A DNA stretch of 64,000 bases from Chloroflexia bacterium (lineage in GTDB: Bacteria; Chloroflexota; Chloroflexia; QHBQ01; JADMIH01), in NCBI GenBank assembly GCA_034437815.1, contig DAOTTC010000019.1, positions 1,893 through 65,892 of the forward strand, given 5' to 3'. Positions 36,801 to 44,722 of this stretch are shown here, one piece after another (position 1 is the first letter of the stretch; the number at the start of each line of letters is the position of its first letter). The notes below the pieces were generated by a model. It did no database searches, was not told the DNA's origin, and worked only from the letters and a program-made list of their open reading frames with translations. The position numbers were made by a program, and so were the translations under genes.

Positions 36801-37511
36801 CGCAACAACCAGTTCGACAAAGCCATACAGACCCTTGAACATTCGCAGAACAAGGTGGACCCGCAGTATGCCCGCACCCCCTTCATCAGGGGGCAACTGT
36901 ATCAGGAGCGAGCCATGATCGTGAAGAGCGCCCTGCAAACCGGCAGACCCCTGCCCACCAACGGCGAGACCGACTACGGCAAATTGGTACTGGAGGCGGG
37001 CAAAGCTTACTCGGAGACCATCGCGCTCGATCAATCGGTGTTCGTGGACAGCAACTTCAAGGCGCGGGTGGACTTCCTGCTGGATGCGGCAGCCCCGTTC
37101 ACGCAAACCAACACCCGTCTGGACCCCCAGACAGTGAGCAACGCGCTCACATCAACGGTCATGCTGGCCTTTGAATTGCAGGTGCTTAAGCATGAGAAAG
37201 ACGTGGCCGATTTCCTGCGCGAGCGTGGGCTGTTCAGCGGTATGGAGAATCAGGTGCCCGACCAACTGCTCCAATCATTGTGGGCAGACCCGGCATGGGC
37301 ACGAGCAGCCACCGCAGCCGGTCAGAAGAGTTGGCGCGACCCCACTTTTGCGGCGCTGACCCACAACGCAGCTGTAACGCATTACGCACTGGGCTATATC
37401 TACGCAAAAGTGGGGCGCACAGACCACGCGAGACAACAGTACGAGCGCGCGCTGGCCCTCGAACCCACCTATCAGGACGCGCAAACCGAGCTTGACGCTT
37501 TGAATAAATAA
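33888..37511 (+). CDS. O-antigen ligase/polymerase-like polytopic membrane protein fused to C-terminal TPR repeats
   Basis: An AAGGAGA RBS precedes TTG 33888. There are more than 10 hydrophobic segments. A basic low-complexity linker joins to a TPR-like C-terminus (e.g. YDNAGRWPESIELYSRAIALQPN). Confidence 0.85.
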   Translation: MLTRLGYYADRVIEHGWLAAAMLVPLFFNVYTSRVFEPDKIALLRSLVLIMAVAWLVKLFEGGYRAYRLSDAPTRGGRAMAAVQGATERGLPPWLGFLRVPMVVPILVYALAYLISTLFTVTPDATLWGSYQRLQGTYTQYSYILLAFLVIANLRTREQLERLVNFMLFTSLPVALYGMVQAMRLDPLPWAGDTASRVASTMGNAIFVAAWLIMVVPFTLYRLMNGISEALAERRAMPGEVWPPASRTSRKSRVTAPADGGGYTWAVVANSVGIIMAQLFIFYFALKLIAGLSFPDARMWPTLPLTLATFYISIWAIERLGKRRDDPLQVSLYMPAIGAVLFLALFMSIPFSWGIERAGDQSLNIQVGFDGLGLLWVLFFMFLWGAVATGAYALSGGERVHEEPGIERRFMRMALNWGYGLLMTAQLTCIYLTQSRGPWLGLGAGLVTFALALWLVGRRRGMRWMARIGGTVSALVLMVALFVVALNIPGSPLKALDSLPVLGRGIERLSTLTQTDVGTGKVRTLIWKGATDLILSDPVRAVIGWGPEAMYVAYSPFYPPELAHWELRNATPDRSHNVEFDQLVTVGALGLLAYYFLVGAFFFYGIRTIRRAVGTRDQLLAITLVSAMAAHFIEIQTGIQIAATWTYFYLIIAMMVALGYFITGYLRVSGDASASAGQASGDGAVEADVPSEALAQPVVAATTGPGASKRTSQALRAGVGGDGRQSARAQSPQGSRGQGRNGGQPRHADPRQRQARLPVSERAASHADWMRNPAMAVVYVIVAVAVLTFISAVNVATVRADTLYKQGLAYDNAGRWPESIELYSRAIALQPNQDYYYLFLGRAWLEFAKQADQEQVNMRRFYESQGTVQEPYLDQKEQDKQKAARDEQVKRRAEKEYRLKQSEAVLKRANELNPLNADHYANLGRLYLYWGDPTGGNDPTKQPLAVQYMEKAVGRAPGNAQLWDELAVAYSRNNQFDKAIQTLEHSQNKVDPQYARTPFIRGQLYQERAMIVKSALQTGRPLPTNGETDYGKLVLEAGKAYSETIALDQSVFVDSNFKARVDFLLDAAAPFTQTNTRLDPQTVSNALTSTVMLAFELQVLKHEKDVADFLRERGLFSGMENQVPDQLLQSLWADPAWARAATAAGQKSWRDPTFAALTHNAAVTHYALGYIYAKVGRTDHARQQYERALALEPTYQDAQTELDALNK

Positions 37512-37526
37512 CCAATGGTGCCTTAT

Positions 37527-37669
37527 ACCGGGCGCAGGCGTAGGGGCAGGCCCCCGTGCCTGCCCTATTTGCAGGCCCCTGTGCCTGCCCTATTCTAAAC
37601 ACCGGGCGCAGGCGTAGGGGCAGGCCCCTGTGCCTGCCCTATTTGCAGGCCCCTGTGCCTGCCCTATTC
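37527..37669 (+). repeat. Tandem 69-nt repeat x2 (period 74), each holding two GCAGGC-CCCTGT-GCCTGC hairpins; terminator-like
   Basis: Copies at 37527-37595 and 37601-37669 differ at one position. They lie directly after the stop at 37511 and upstream of the GT4 gene. Confidence 0.85.
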
Positions 37670-37715
37670 GCATCCCCTGCCGGGGGTAGAGATAGAAACA
37701 GAGGCAAGGCAGAAG

Positions 37716-38858
37716 ATGCTCACATCGGGACTGAGGATTGACATAGGACCGCTGCTGTTGATATTTCTGGCGGCGTTGCTGTTCGTGCTGGCGGCCACAC
37801 CGGTGGTCAAACGGGTGGCCCACAGGTACAACGTGGTGGACGTGCCCTCGGCCCGCAAGATACACGCTGGCCCGGTGCCCTTGCTGGGCGGGGCGGCCAT
37901 CTATCTGGCGGTGATCGCCGCCCTGTTGTTGTACGGCCACTTGAGCTATGTACAGCAGACCGCCTCCATCTTGATCGGGGCCACCATGATGTCCATGCTG
38001 GGCGTGTGGGACGACAAGTGGGGCTTGCGGCCCCTCGCCAAGCTCGGAGGGCAGGTGGTGGCCGCCTCACTGCTCTACTTCACTGGGGTGAGCGTGTCGT
38101 TCCTGCACAACGACTTACTGAACTATCTGGCGACGGTGGGCTGGGTGGTCACGGTGACCAACGCGCTCAACCTGATGGACAACATGGACGGGCTGGCAAG
38201 TGGTGTGGCTATGGTGGCCTCGATATTCTTCTTCTTGATAGCCACCCTCACCGACCAGTATCTGGTGGCCCCGCTGGCGGCGGTGCTGGTGGGGGCTTGC
38301 GCGGGCTTTTTGTTCTACAACCTCAACCCGGCTTCGATATTCATGGGGGATGCCGGCTCGCTGTTTCTCGGGTTCATGCTGGCGGCGGTGGGCATCAAAC
38401 TGCGCTTCCCCGAAAATTTGGACATCGTCACGTGGATGGTGCCGGTGCTGGTGCTGGGGGTGCCTCTGTTCGATACGGCGCTGGTCACCCTGTCGCGCAT
38501 CCGGCGGGGCATCCCCATCACGCGGGGCGGCAGGGACCATCTGTCCCACCGCTTGGTGGCGCTGGGCTTCACCCGGCGGGAAGCAGTGCTGATACTGTAC
38601 CTGATACAGGGGGGGCTGGGCATCGCCGCGCTGGTGGTGATGCAGGCTACCGTGCTGGAAGGCTACATAGTGGGTTTGGCGATACTGTTGGCCGCCGTGG
38701 TGGGTGCGTACAGGCTGGAGCAGGTGGACCTGACGCACACCAACCCCGCGCCGGAGGGCACGCCCGCGCCGGTGCCCCTGTCGGCCCGCCTGCCCTTGTC
38801 CCTGCGCAGAAAGCGCCCCGCCGAGAGCACGAAGGGTGATGGGTCAGGGGCAGGCTGA
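37716..38858 (+). CDS. Glycosyltransferase family 4 (WecA/MraY-like polyprenyl-phosphate sugar-1-phosphate transferase)
   Basis: Polytopic membrane protein with motifs VWDDKWGL and NALNLMDNMDGLASG. Confidence 0.9.
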   Translation: MLTSGLRIDIGPLLLIFLAALLFVLAATPVVKRVAHRYNVVDVPSARKIHAGPVPLLGGAAIYLAVIAALLLYGHLSYVQQTASILIGATMMSMLGVWDDKWGLRPLAKLGGQVVAASLLYFTGVSVSFLHNDLLNYLATVGWVVTVTNALNLMDNMDGLASGVAMVASIFFFLIATLTDQYLVAPLAAVLVGACAGFLFYNLNPASIFMGDAGSLFLGFMLAAVGIKLRFPENLDIVTWMVPVLVLGVPLFDTALVTLSRIRRGIPITRGGRDHLSHRLVALGFTRREAVLILYLIQGGLGIAALVVMQATVLEGYIVGLAILLAAVVGAYRLEQVDLTHTNPAPEGTPAPVPLSARLPLSLRRKRPAESTKGDGSGAG

Positions 38859-38877
38859 GACCCCCTGTCCCTGAGCT

Positions 38878-39921
38878 CTATCTGCTTGCCTGCTCGCGCC
38901 ACAGGTCCACCATTGACTTGATAGAAGCTATGTAGCTGGGCGGGTGGTTGTTGTCGCCCCATGGCGCGTATACAGGCACGATCTGATCTACGGTCCGCAG
39001 GTTCCACTGGCCGATGTACAGCTCGGTTATCAGTTTGTACCAGTCCTCGAAGCCCGCTTCCCAGCTGGGATAGAGGCGGTAGCCTTCGTAGTTTTCGTAG
39101 CCCTCGGTCCAGCGGATGTTGCCCAGCGAGCGCGTGAAGCGGGCCACACCTCGCGTGCCGCAGGCGCTCTCGTGCACGAAGAAGGCCAGCGCAAAAGCCG
39201 GGTCAATCCCATAAGTCACGCCAAGATCATACAGCCTCTGACCCAGACCGGCGGCAGGCGAGCCGTACTTTTGCAGGACGGCCTCGATCTGCGCCACGCC
39301 GATGCTGGGCGGCCCTACGACTTCGTAGGGTTGGCCGGTGGGCGCGTGTTGCGCGGGCGGGGCGGGCGGGGCGGGCGGCGGCTGAGCCTCTGGTTGAGGC
39401 TCAGGGTTTGCCGGGACGGTTTGTTGGGCCTTGACGGGTTGTGGGCCTGCCGACAGCTCGGTGTAGCCGCTGAGCACAAGCCCTTCCGAGCCACGGGCAA
39501 GGGCGGGCGTGACTACCAATAACATCCAAGCGAGCGCGGCCACGGTTGCGCACAACCCCACCGCAAGCAGGCCACGCCACACCACATTTGCAGCCGGGGG
39601 TACCGATGCCCGGCGGAGCAGGCCATCCCCGGTAAGGAGGTGACCGTAGAGGTCCCTGCCTTGTGCATAACCGGGCGGGCTGGGAACAGAGCGGGCCGCG
39701 CGGGGCGAGCCTTCGGGTATGGCCGCCAAGACCCACTGGGGGTGGGGGGCGTGCATCGCCTGCATCGTCGCTATCGTGGAGCCGGCATCTCCGCCCAGCA
39801 CCCGGTAGATGGTGGTGAGGGTGGGGGCAGGGGCGAGGGTGGATTTTGCGCCCCTGCGCTGCACGGACGGGTGGTGAGCAACCTGCGGCAGGTCGCGGGC
39901 GAGCAAGGCGGCGCGGCTCAC
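38878..39921 (-). CDS. Single-pass membrane protein with a C-terminal glucosaminidase/muramidase-like domain
   Basis: The GTG start overlaps the upstream stop (GTGA). One TM segment is WRGLLAVGLCATVAALAWMLLVV, followed by a Pro-rich linker. The C-terminal YGIDPAFALAFFVHESACG...IRW segment resembles a mannosyl-glycoprotein endo-beta-N-acetylglucosaminidase-type domain. Confidence 0.8.
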   Translation of the reverse strand: MSRAALLARDLPQVAHHPSVQRRGAKSTLAPAPTLTTIYRVLGGDAGSTIATMQAMHAPHPQWVLAAIPEGSPRAARSVPSPPGYAQGRDLYGHLLTGDGLLRRASVPPAANVVWRGLLAVGLCATVAALAWMLLVVTPALARGSEGLVLSGYTELSAGPQPVKAQQTVPANPEPQPEAQPPPAPPAPPAQHAPTGQPYEVVGPPSIGVAQIEAVLQKYGSPAAGLGQRLYDLGVTYGIDPAFALAFFVHESACGTRGVARFTRSLGNIRWTEGYENYEGYRLYPSWEAGFEDWYKLITELYIGQWNLRTVDQIVPVYAPWGDNNHPPSYIASIKSMVDLWREQASR

Positions 39922-40757
39922 TTGCCGCCCTCCTCGACACCGTTGTTGGTGTTGTTCGTGTCGCCGCCGGGGTTGGTCTTCCCTTGCTCTTGCGATTGAA
40001 GCGGGAGAGCCTTCTGGAGAGCGGCACGCTCTTCGGGTGTGATCAGGCGGAAGGCCGCCCCATCGTTCAGGTAGATAAGTTGCTCGCTCTTGACCGACAC
40101 CACCAGATCGGGCTTGCTGTCGGCGTTCACATCATGCACGTCCAGTTGCACGGGGGTGAGGTCTTCACCCTGACCGAACAGGTAGGGGCCGACTATGGCC
40201 GTGGCCTTGGTGGGGTCGCCGCCCGGCATTTCCATGATGATCACCCGGCGGTTCAGGTTCATGGCGATGAAATGCGAGGGCATGCCTTCGGCCTCACCGT
40301 GCCCCACATAGGCGTCCACCTGCATGGTGCGAGGCCGGCCATACTGGATGTCGTCCAGCGTGATGCGTGCCCACTCGACGGCCATACTCACCAGCACATA
40401 TACCCCCAACAGCACGATCGCCCCACCCGCGAGCATCGCCACGAGGCGAACGGGCACGCCCGGCGCGGCCGCCTGCTCGCCGGCCTGCGCGGCCTTTCTG
40501 CCGGGTTGCGGGTGTGGGGCGGTGGGCTTGATGGGCACAGGTGCGGGCGAGGGCTTCTGCCGGGCAGGCGGCTGTTGCCGACGCGGGGCAGGTGCCGGCA
40601 TGGCGTGTAGCTGTGGCGTGCCTTCGAACAACTCCTCGTCGGTTAGCGCGTCCAGTGGAAGCCAGTGGCCGGTCCTCGGTTCATCTTCTTCGTGTGGGCG
40701 GCCCCAGTCGTACGAGCGGGCGTTGGCCCCGTGAGAGCGGGTGAAAGTGGTTGCCAT
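39918..40757 (-). CDS. Hypothetical single-pass membrane protein (Pro-rich cytoplasmic N-terminus, extracytoplasmic domain)
   Basis: A strong AAGGAGG RBS lies 7 nt before ATG 40757. The TM segment is VRLVAMLAGGAIVLLGVYVLVSMAV. No family was recognised. Confidence 0.8.
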   Translation of the reverse strand: MATTFTRSHGANARSYDWGRPHEEDEPRTGHWLPLDALTDEELFEGTPQLHAMPAPAPRRQQPPARQKPSPAPVPIKPTAPHPQPGRKAAQAGEQAAAPGVPVRLVAMLAGGAIVLLGVYVLVSMAVEWARITLDDIQYGRPRTMQVDAYVGHGEAEGMPSHFIAMNLNRRVIIMEMPGGDPTKATAIVGPYLFGQGEDLTPVQLDVHDVNADSKPDLVVSVKSEQLIYLNDGAAFRLITPEERAALQKALPLQSQEQGKTNPGGDTNNTNNGVEEGGK

Positions 40758-40799
40758 GGTTGTACCTCCTTAGTAGTCCTCTGAGCACTGTTCCCAGTT

Positions 40800-41033
40800 T
40801 CAGTTACTGAACGCATAAGACAGACAGAGCAGGGCGCTGTACGAACGCAGAGCCATGCCCATGCCGGACCTTGGGTCGGCTATGGCATCGGTCTCCTCAA
40901 GGTTTGCCACCACATAGCAGTCGGCATCCGGTCGGCTGATCAGCAGGATGGATAGCAGGTCCCGACGCAGGAGCAATCGGGGTGCTGTGCGCTCGGCCCA
41001 AAGGGGGGCACGTTGGAACAGCATGGCGTTCAT
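40800..41033 (-). CDS. 77-aa hypothetical protein, first gene of the putative SOS-box operon
   Basis: A GGAGGTGA RBS lies 4 nt before ATG 41033. Third positions are G/C-rich. No homology was recognised. Confidence 0.55.
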   Translation of the reverse strand: MNAMLFQRAPLWAERTAPRLLLRRDLLSILLISRPDADCYVVANLEETDAIADPRSGMGMALRSYSALLCLSYAFSN

Positions 41034-41057
41034 GTGGTCACCTCCGCGTATCGTTAT

Positions 41058-41106
41058 GGAACGTTTGTTCTATAGCGTTCTAATGATAAATTAGAACAAA
41101 CGTTCC
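41058..41106. promoter_or_regulatory. Two LexA/DinR-type SOS boxes (GAAC-N4-GTTC) forming a perfect 15-bp inverted repeat
   Basis: GGAACGTTTGTTCTA lies at 41058-41072 (box core 41059-41070). TAGAACAAACGTTCC lies at 41092-41106 (box core 41094-41105). Confidence 0.7.
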
Positions 41107-41111
41107 GTCAA
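41083..41111 (-). promoter_or_regulatory. Promoter TTGACG-17-TATCAT (minus strand) overlapped by the SOS boxes
   Basis: On the minus strand, the -35 TTGACG is at 41111-41106 and the -10 TATCAT at 41088-41083. One box fills the spacer and the other lies just downstream of the -10. Confidence 0.6.
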
Positions 41112-41163
41112 GGGGGTTTTCCACATCTTTGCGGCGATTTTTGTCCCTGTGTGGCAATAAGAT

Positions 41164-41285
41164 GAGGGCTTGGGGAGGGCTGTGCTCCCCCGGCTCTCCA
41201 TTCTCGACGGAAGGAGAGGCTTGGTGAGGCTTCGTCTCTCCGGTTCATCTCCTCTCCCCCACCATCTGGCATGAATATGCCTCAG
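41164..41285 (+). repeat. Dispersed intergenic element, copy 4
   Basis: The head gagggcttggggagggctgtgctcccccggctctcc contains the hairpin GGGGAG-N7-CTCCCC. The tail ATGAATATGCCTCAG lies at 41271-41285. Confidence 0.5.
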
Positions 41286-41363
41286 AGAAGCGATTGGTGG
41301 CGACCCGCCAAGCGAATTCAGCCGCGACGCATCTGTGTTACAATCTCATGGGGGATGGCTTTC

Positions 41364-42107
41364 ATGATAAAAGTCGTGCTCTTCGATTTCCATAACACGC
41401 TTGCCACCTGCGACAGGTGGCTCAGGCTCGAAATCGAGACCCTGCCGGGGCTGGTGTTGCAATGGCTGGCGGACAGGGGCAGGCTCGGCCACGGGCCACA
41501 CGCGGATGTAGAGGAGACCAACCGCCGTTTTCGCGAGTTGCGTCAGGGCGTGCGCCACAGCGGCATCGAGTTGAGTGCGGTGGAGGGTACCCGGCGGGTG
41601 CTGGATAGCATGGGCATCCACCTCCCTTCCATAGACATAGAAGATGCCGTGCGCGAGCTGGAATATGCGTGCCTGCCGGAGGTGCAGATGGTGCCCGGTG
41701 CGGATGTGGCGCTGGAGCGACTGCGCGATGCAGGCTACACGTTGGGCGTGGTGTCCAGCGCTGGTTACCCACCCTTCGTAGAGCTGGCGTTGGAGACACT
41801 GGGCTTGAGGCCTTTCTTCAGCGAGGTGGTGACCAGCGCGGGCGAAGGCCTGTACAAATCGAACCCCGAGTTGTTCCGCCGAGCGGTGAGCAGGCTCGGA
41901 GCATCGCCGAGCGAGGCGGTACATGTGGGTGACCACGCCCTATACGACGTGCATGCTGCCAAAGCCGCGGGGTTGGCGGTGGTGTGGTTCGCAGGGCCGC
42001 AGGCAGCACGCTCCACCGAACCGCACGGAGTGGGCCGGGAGCAGGCCGATGCGGTGGTTACGGGCATGGAGCAGGTATTCGACGCGATCAGGCGGCTAGA
42101 CGCCTGA
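41364..42107 (+). CDS. HAD-superfamily hydrolase
   Basis: MIKVVLFDFHNTL (DxH variant of HAD motif I), SSAG and VGDHALYDV. ORF-track start 41271 lies in the repeat tail and was rejected. An extended -10 TGTTACAAT lies upstream. Confidence 0.85.
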   Translation: MIKVVLFDFHNTLATCDRWLRLEIETLPGLVLQWLADRGRLGHGPHADVEETNRRFRELRQGVRHSGIELSAVEGTRRVLDSMGIHLPSIDIEDAVRELEYACLPEVQMVPGADVALERLRDAGYTLGVVSSAGYPPFVELALETLGLRPFFSEVVTSAGEGLYKSNPELFRRAVSRLGASPSEAVHVGDHALYDVHAAKAAGLAVVWFAGPQAARSTEPHGVGREQADAVVTGMEQVFDAIRRLDA

Positions 42108-42166
42108 CCGATATGCAGAAGCAGCAATAGGCTAGACCGGTAAAGACCATACTGGAGAGTGAGAGG

Positions 42167-43159
42167 ATGCTACTGCTCGCAGGAGATATCGGCGGCACCA
42201 AAACCGATCTGGCTATATTCTCGACCGATGCCGGGCCGAGGAACCCGCTGGTGCAGGCCGAGTTCCCGAGCCGTCGGTACGAATCACTGGAAGCCATAGT
42301 GCGCGAGTTCCTCGGCAGGGCCAAACAACTGCCGGTGGACCGAGCGTGCTTTGCCGTTGCTGGCCCGGTTATCGCCGGTCGGGCCAAAATAACCAACCTC
42401 GACTGGGTGGTAGACCGGCCCAACCTGCAAAAAGAGCTTGGGCTGCAGGATGTCACCGTCATGAACGACCTTCAGGCCATCGCACTGGCCGTGCCCGTGC
42501 TCTTGCCGGAAGAGCTTGCCACCCTGAATCAAGGCGAGGCGGTGCCCCATGGGGCGATCGCAGTCGTCGCCCCGGGCACCGGCATGGGTCAGGCTTTTTT
42601 AACTTGGGATGGCACGCGCTACCAAGCCCACCCATCGGAGGGAGGGCACGCAGATTTCGCCCCCGGCAACGATATGGAGATAGAACTGCTCAGGTATCTG
42701 CTGAAGCGATACCCACACGTCAGCGTGGAGCGGGTGTGCTCAGGCAGGGGCATACCCAACATCTACGATTACCTGCGCGACACCGGCTACGCCCCCGAAA
42801 CCCCGGAGGTGGCTCGCAGGCTTGCTGACGCAGAAGACCGGTCGGCTATCATCATCGAGCAGAGCCTCGACCCTGATAACCCATGCCCTCTGTGTGCAGC
42901 CACGCTCGATATCTTCATTGACATCTTCGGCGCTGAGGCGGGCAATCTGGCCCTCAAGGTGCTGGCGACAGGGGGGGTGTATTTGGCTGGGGGCATACCG
43001 CCGCGCATCCTGCCAGCGTTGCGCGAGGGGCGCTTCATGCAGGCGTTCCTGCGCAAAGGGCGCTTATCAGATGTGCTCAGGCTGATGCCCGTGCGCGTGA
43101 TCCTGTCGCGTGCCGCACTGCTCGGCATAGCCAACTACGGGCTGGAGGGTGGCCAGTAG
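42167..43159 (+). CDS. glk: Glucokinase
   Basis: MLLLAGDIGGTKTDLAIF, with a Glk-family sequence throughout. Confidence 0.9.
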   Translation: MLLLAGDIGGTKTDLAIFSTDAGPRNPLVQAEFPSRRYESLEAIVREFLGRAKQLPVDRACFAVAGPVIAGRAKITNLDWVVDRPNLQKELGLQDVTVMNDLQAIALAVPVLLPEELATLNQGEAVPHGAIAVVAPGTGMGQAFLTWDGTRYQAHPSEGGHADFAPGNDMEIELLRYLLKRYPHVSVERVCSGRGIPNIYDYLRDTGYAPETPEVARRLADAEDRSAIIIEQSLDPDNPCPLCAATLDIFIDIFGAEAGNLALKVLATGGVYLAGGIPPRILPALREGRFMQAFLRKGRLSDVLRLMPVRVILSRAALLGIANYGLEGGQ

Positions 43160-43238
43160 ACCGGTAGATTTTGCCGAACGCCTTTTCGGGGCGCATATAG
43201 CGCACACCGCATATGGCATATATTCGGAAAGAAGGGCG

Positions 43239-43285
43239 GGGTGGGGGTCAGGCTCCATCCGACCATGACCCCCACCCATTTTTCT
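43239..43285 (+). terminator. Rho-independent terminator after glk
   Basis: GGGTGGGGGTCA-N15-TGACCCCCACCC (12-bp stem) followed by ATTTTTCT, between convergent genes. Confidence 0.7.
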
Positions 43286-43291
43286 ACCTGA

Positions 43292-44164
43292 TTACTTGAT
43301 CGCGTACACCACCTGCACGTCCACGCGTATCTCTTGATTGCCCGGCTGGATCGGGGTGGGCACGCCCGATGCACCCTGAGCGGCCCTTGCATCCAGCTCC
43401 ATGACCGGTGGTGGTACGTTCACCACACCTTCGCTGATCATAATGGGCGCGCCCAGACTGACCCCACTCAGACCGGCAAGCTGTTCGGCTTTGGCTTTTG
43501 CGTCCTGCATGGCGCGCTCTCGCGCCTGCTTGGTCAGCGCGGTGGGGTCGGAGAAGCTGAAGCGCAGGCCGTACACGGTATTGGCCCCGGACCTCACTAC
43601 GTCGTCCACCGTTTTACCCGCTTTGCTGATGTCCCGCAATTTGGCATTGACTATATTGGTCACGCGGAACCCTATTAGTCTGGGGGACTGGTTGTCGCGG
43701 TAGTCCATCACCGGTTCAACGCTGTATTGCGCAGTGGAGATGTCGTTTTCGGCCACACCCGAAGCTTTGAGCTGGTTTATCACAGCGTTCATCTTGTCCA
43801 CAGCTTCGGCCTGTGCCGCATCGAGCGAATCTCTCTGTATCTGTACGCCCACCTGCAACTCCACCATGTCGGGCCGAGCCGACACGATGCCCTGCCCACT
43901 CACAGAGATGTGGGGCTGGTCGCTTATCGTAGCCATGCTTGGTGCTCCTATCGGCTGGTACTGGGTCTTAGACGCTGGGGCATCAGCCTGCGGCCCGCCG
44001 GCGGTCAGCCCCGTGCCCGTGCCCGTGTCCGTGCCTGTGGCGTTGCCGATCTCCGGGCCACGGGGCACGAGCCATACCAGTATGAATGCCGCCAGCAGCA
44101 GGGCTATCGTGCCCACGGATGTGGCAGTTATGATAAATTTGCCGTTCCACCTGTTTCGGTTCAC
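43292..44164 (-). CDS. SIMPL (DUF541) domain-containing periplasmic/secreted protein
   Basis: An N-terminal TM/signal segment and SIMPL-like sequence (GQGIVSARPDMVELQVGVQ...). GTG 44164, 8 nt after AGGAGG, is preferred over GTG 44173, which overlaps the RBS. Confidence 0.85.
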   Translation of the reverse strand: MNRNRWNGKFIITATSVGTIALLLAAFILVWLVPRGPEIGNATGTDTGTGTGLTAGGPQADAPASKTQYQPIGAPSMATISDQPHISVSGQGIVSARPDMVELQVGVQIQRDSLDAAQAEAVDKMNAVINQLKASGVAENDISTAQYSVEPVMDYRDNQSPRLIGFRVTNIVNAKLRDISKAGKTVDDVVRSGANTVYGLRFSFSDPTALTKQARERAMQDAKAKAEQLAGLSGVSLGAPIMISEGVVNVPPPVMELDARAAQGASGVPTPIQPGNQEIRVDVQVVYAIK

Positions 44165-44394
44165 GTGGTTCACCTCCTGTAGATTATGGTTTGGTTTCGG
44201 CTGTTAGCAGGCAACTGAGGGAAGAGCAGGATGGAGCAAATCCCCCCTCATGTCTTCCGCTTCTTTAGCCATGCAGCTAGCCTCGTTATTGGGGTGGTAA
44301 CCCTTTGTATTGTGAGGACGACCGAGACGAGCTGAAAGTTCCACGCACGGCGCGGTCACTATCACCCAAATTGACTATTTTTACAAAAACGAGC

Positions 44395-44423
44395 TACAAA
44401 TTTAGTATCGGGTATGCTATAAT
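44395..44423 (+). promoter_or_regulatory. Extended -10 promoter (TACAAA-17-TGCTATAAT), copy 1
   Basis: TGCTATAAT at 44415-44423, within a 550-nt A/T-richer intergenic region. Confidence 0.45.
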
Positions 44424-44466
44424 ACGCTCGACCAACAGGGTGTAGCAAAAAACAACCCTTGCACAG

Positions 44467-44495
44467 TACAAGATTAGACCAAACTGTGCTATAAT
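44467..44495 (+). promoter_or_regulatory. Extended -10 promoter (TACAAG-17-TGCTATAAT), copy 2
   Basis: TGCTATAAT at 44487-44495, 72 nt downstream of copy 1 and with the same architecture. Confidence 0.45.
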
Positions 44496-44722
44496 AATAG
44501 CATTGAAGCACTACTCCGGATCGGGAAACTACACACGATGTAATTTCAACGTCTAGCCACTCGTGAGACATGGTGCATAAAGTAGTACCCTTACACTACA
44601 CCTTCCTGCCGACCAATCCGACGAGCAGAGCGAAGATAGAGGACTCGTGGGTGGTGAAAAGGCATGTACACTGCTTACGCACTACGTTTCGCATAGTGCA
44701 TACATCATGAGAGGAGTGATAA

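Noticed and set aside
37527-37669. Possible CRISPR array (four ~24-nt repeats)
   Set aside because: The gaps between repeats are 1 nt and ~25 nt and are themselves duplicated as part of a 69-nt tandem unit. There are no unique spacers and no cas genes, so it is a tandem hairpin repeat.
41271-41363. Upstream ATG (41271) as the start of the HAD hydrolase
   Set aside because: This ATG is part of the conserved tail of the dispersed repeat element. HAD motif I (FDFHNTL) begins right after ATG 41364, and a TGTTACAAT -10-like sequence lies inside the supposed extension.
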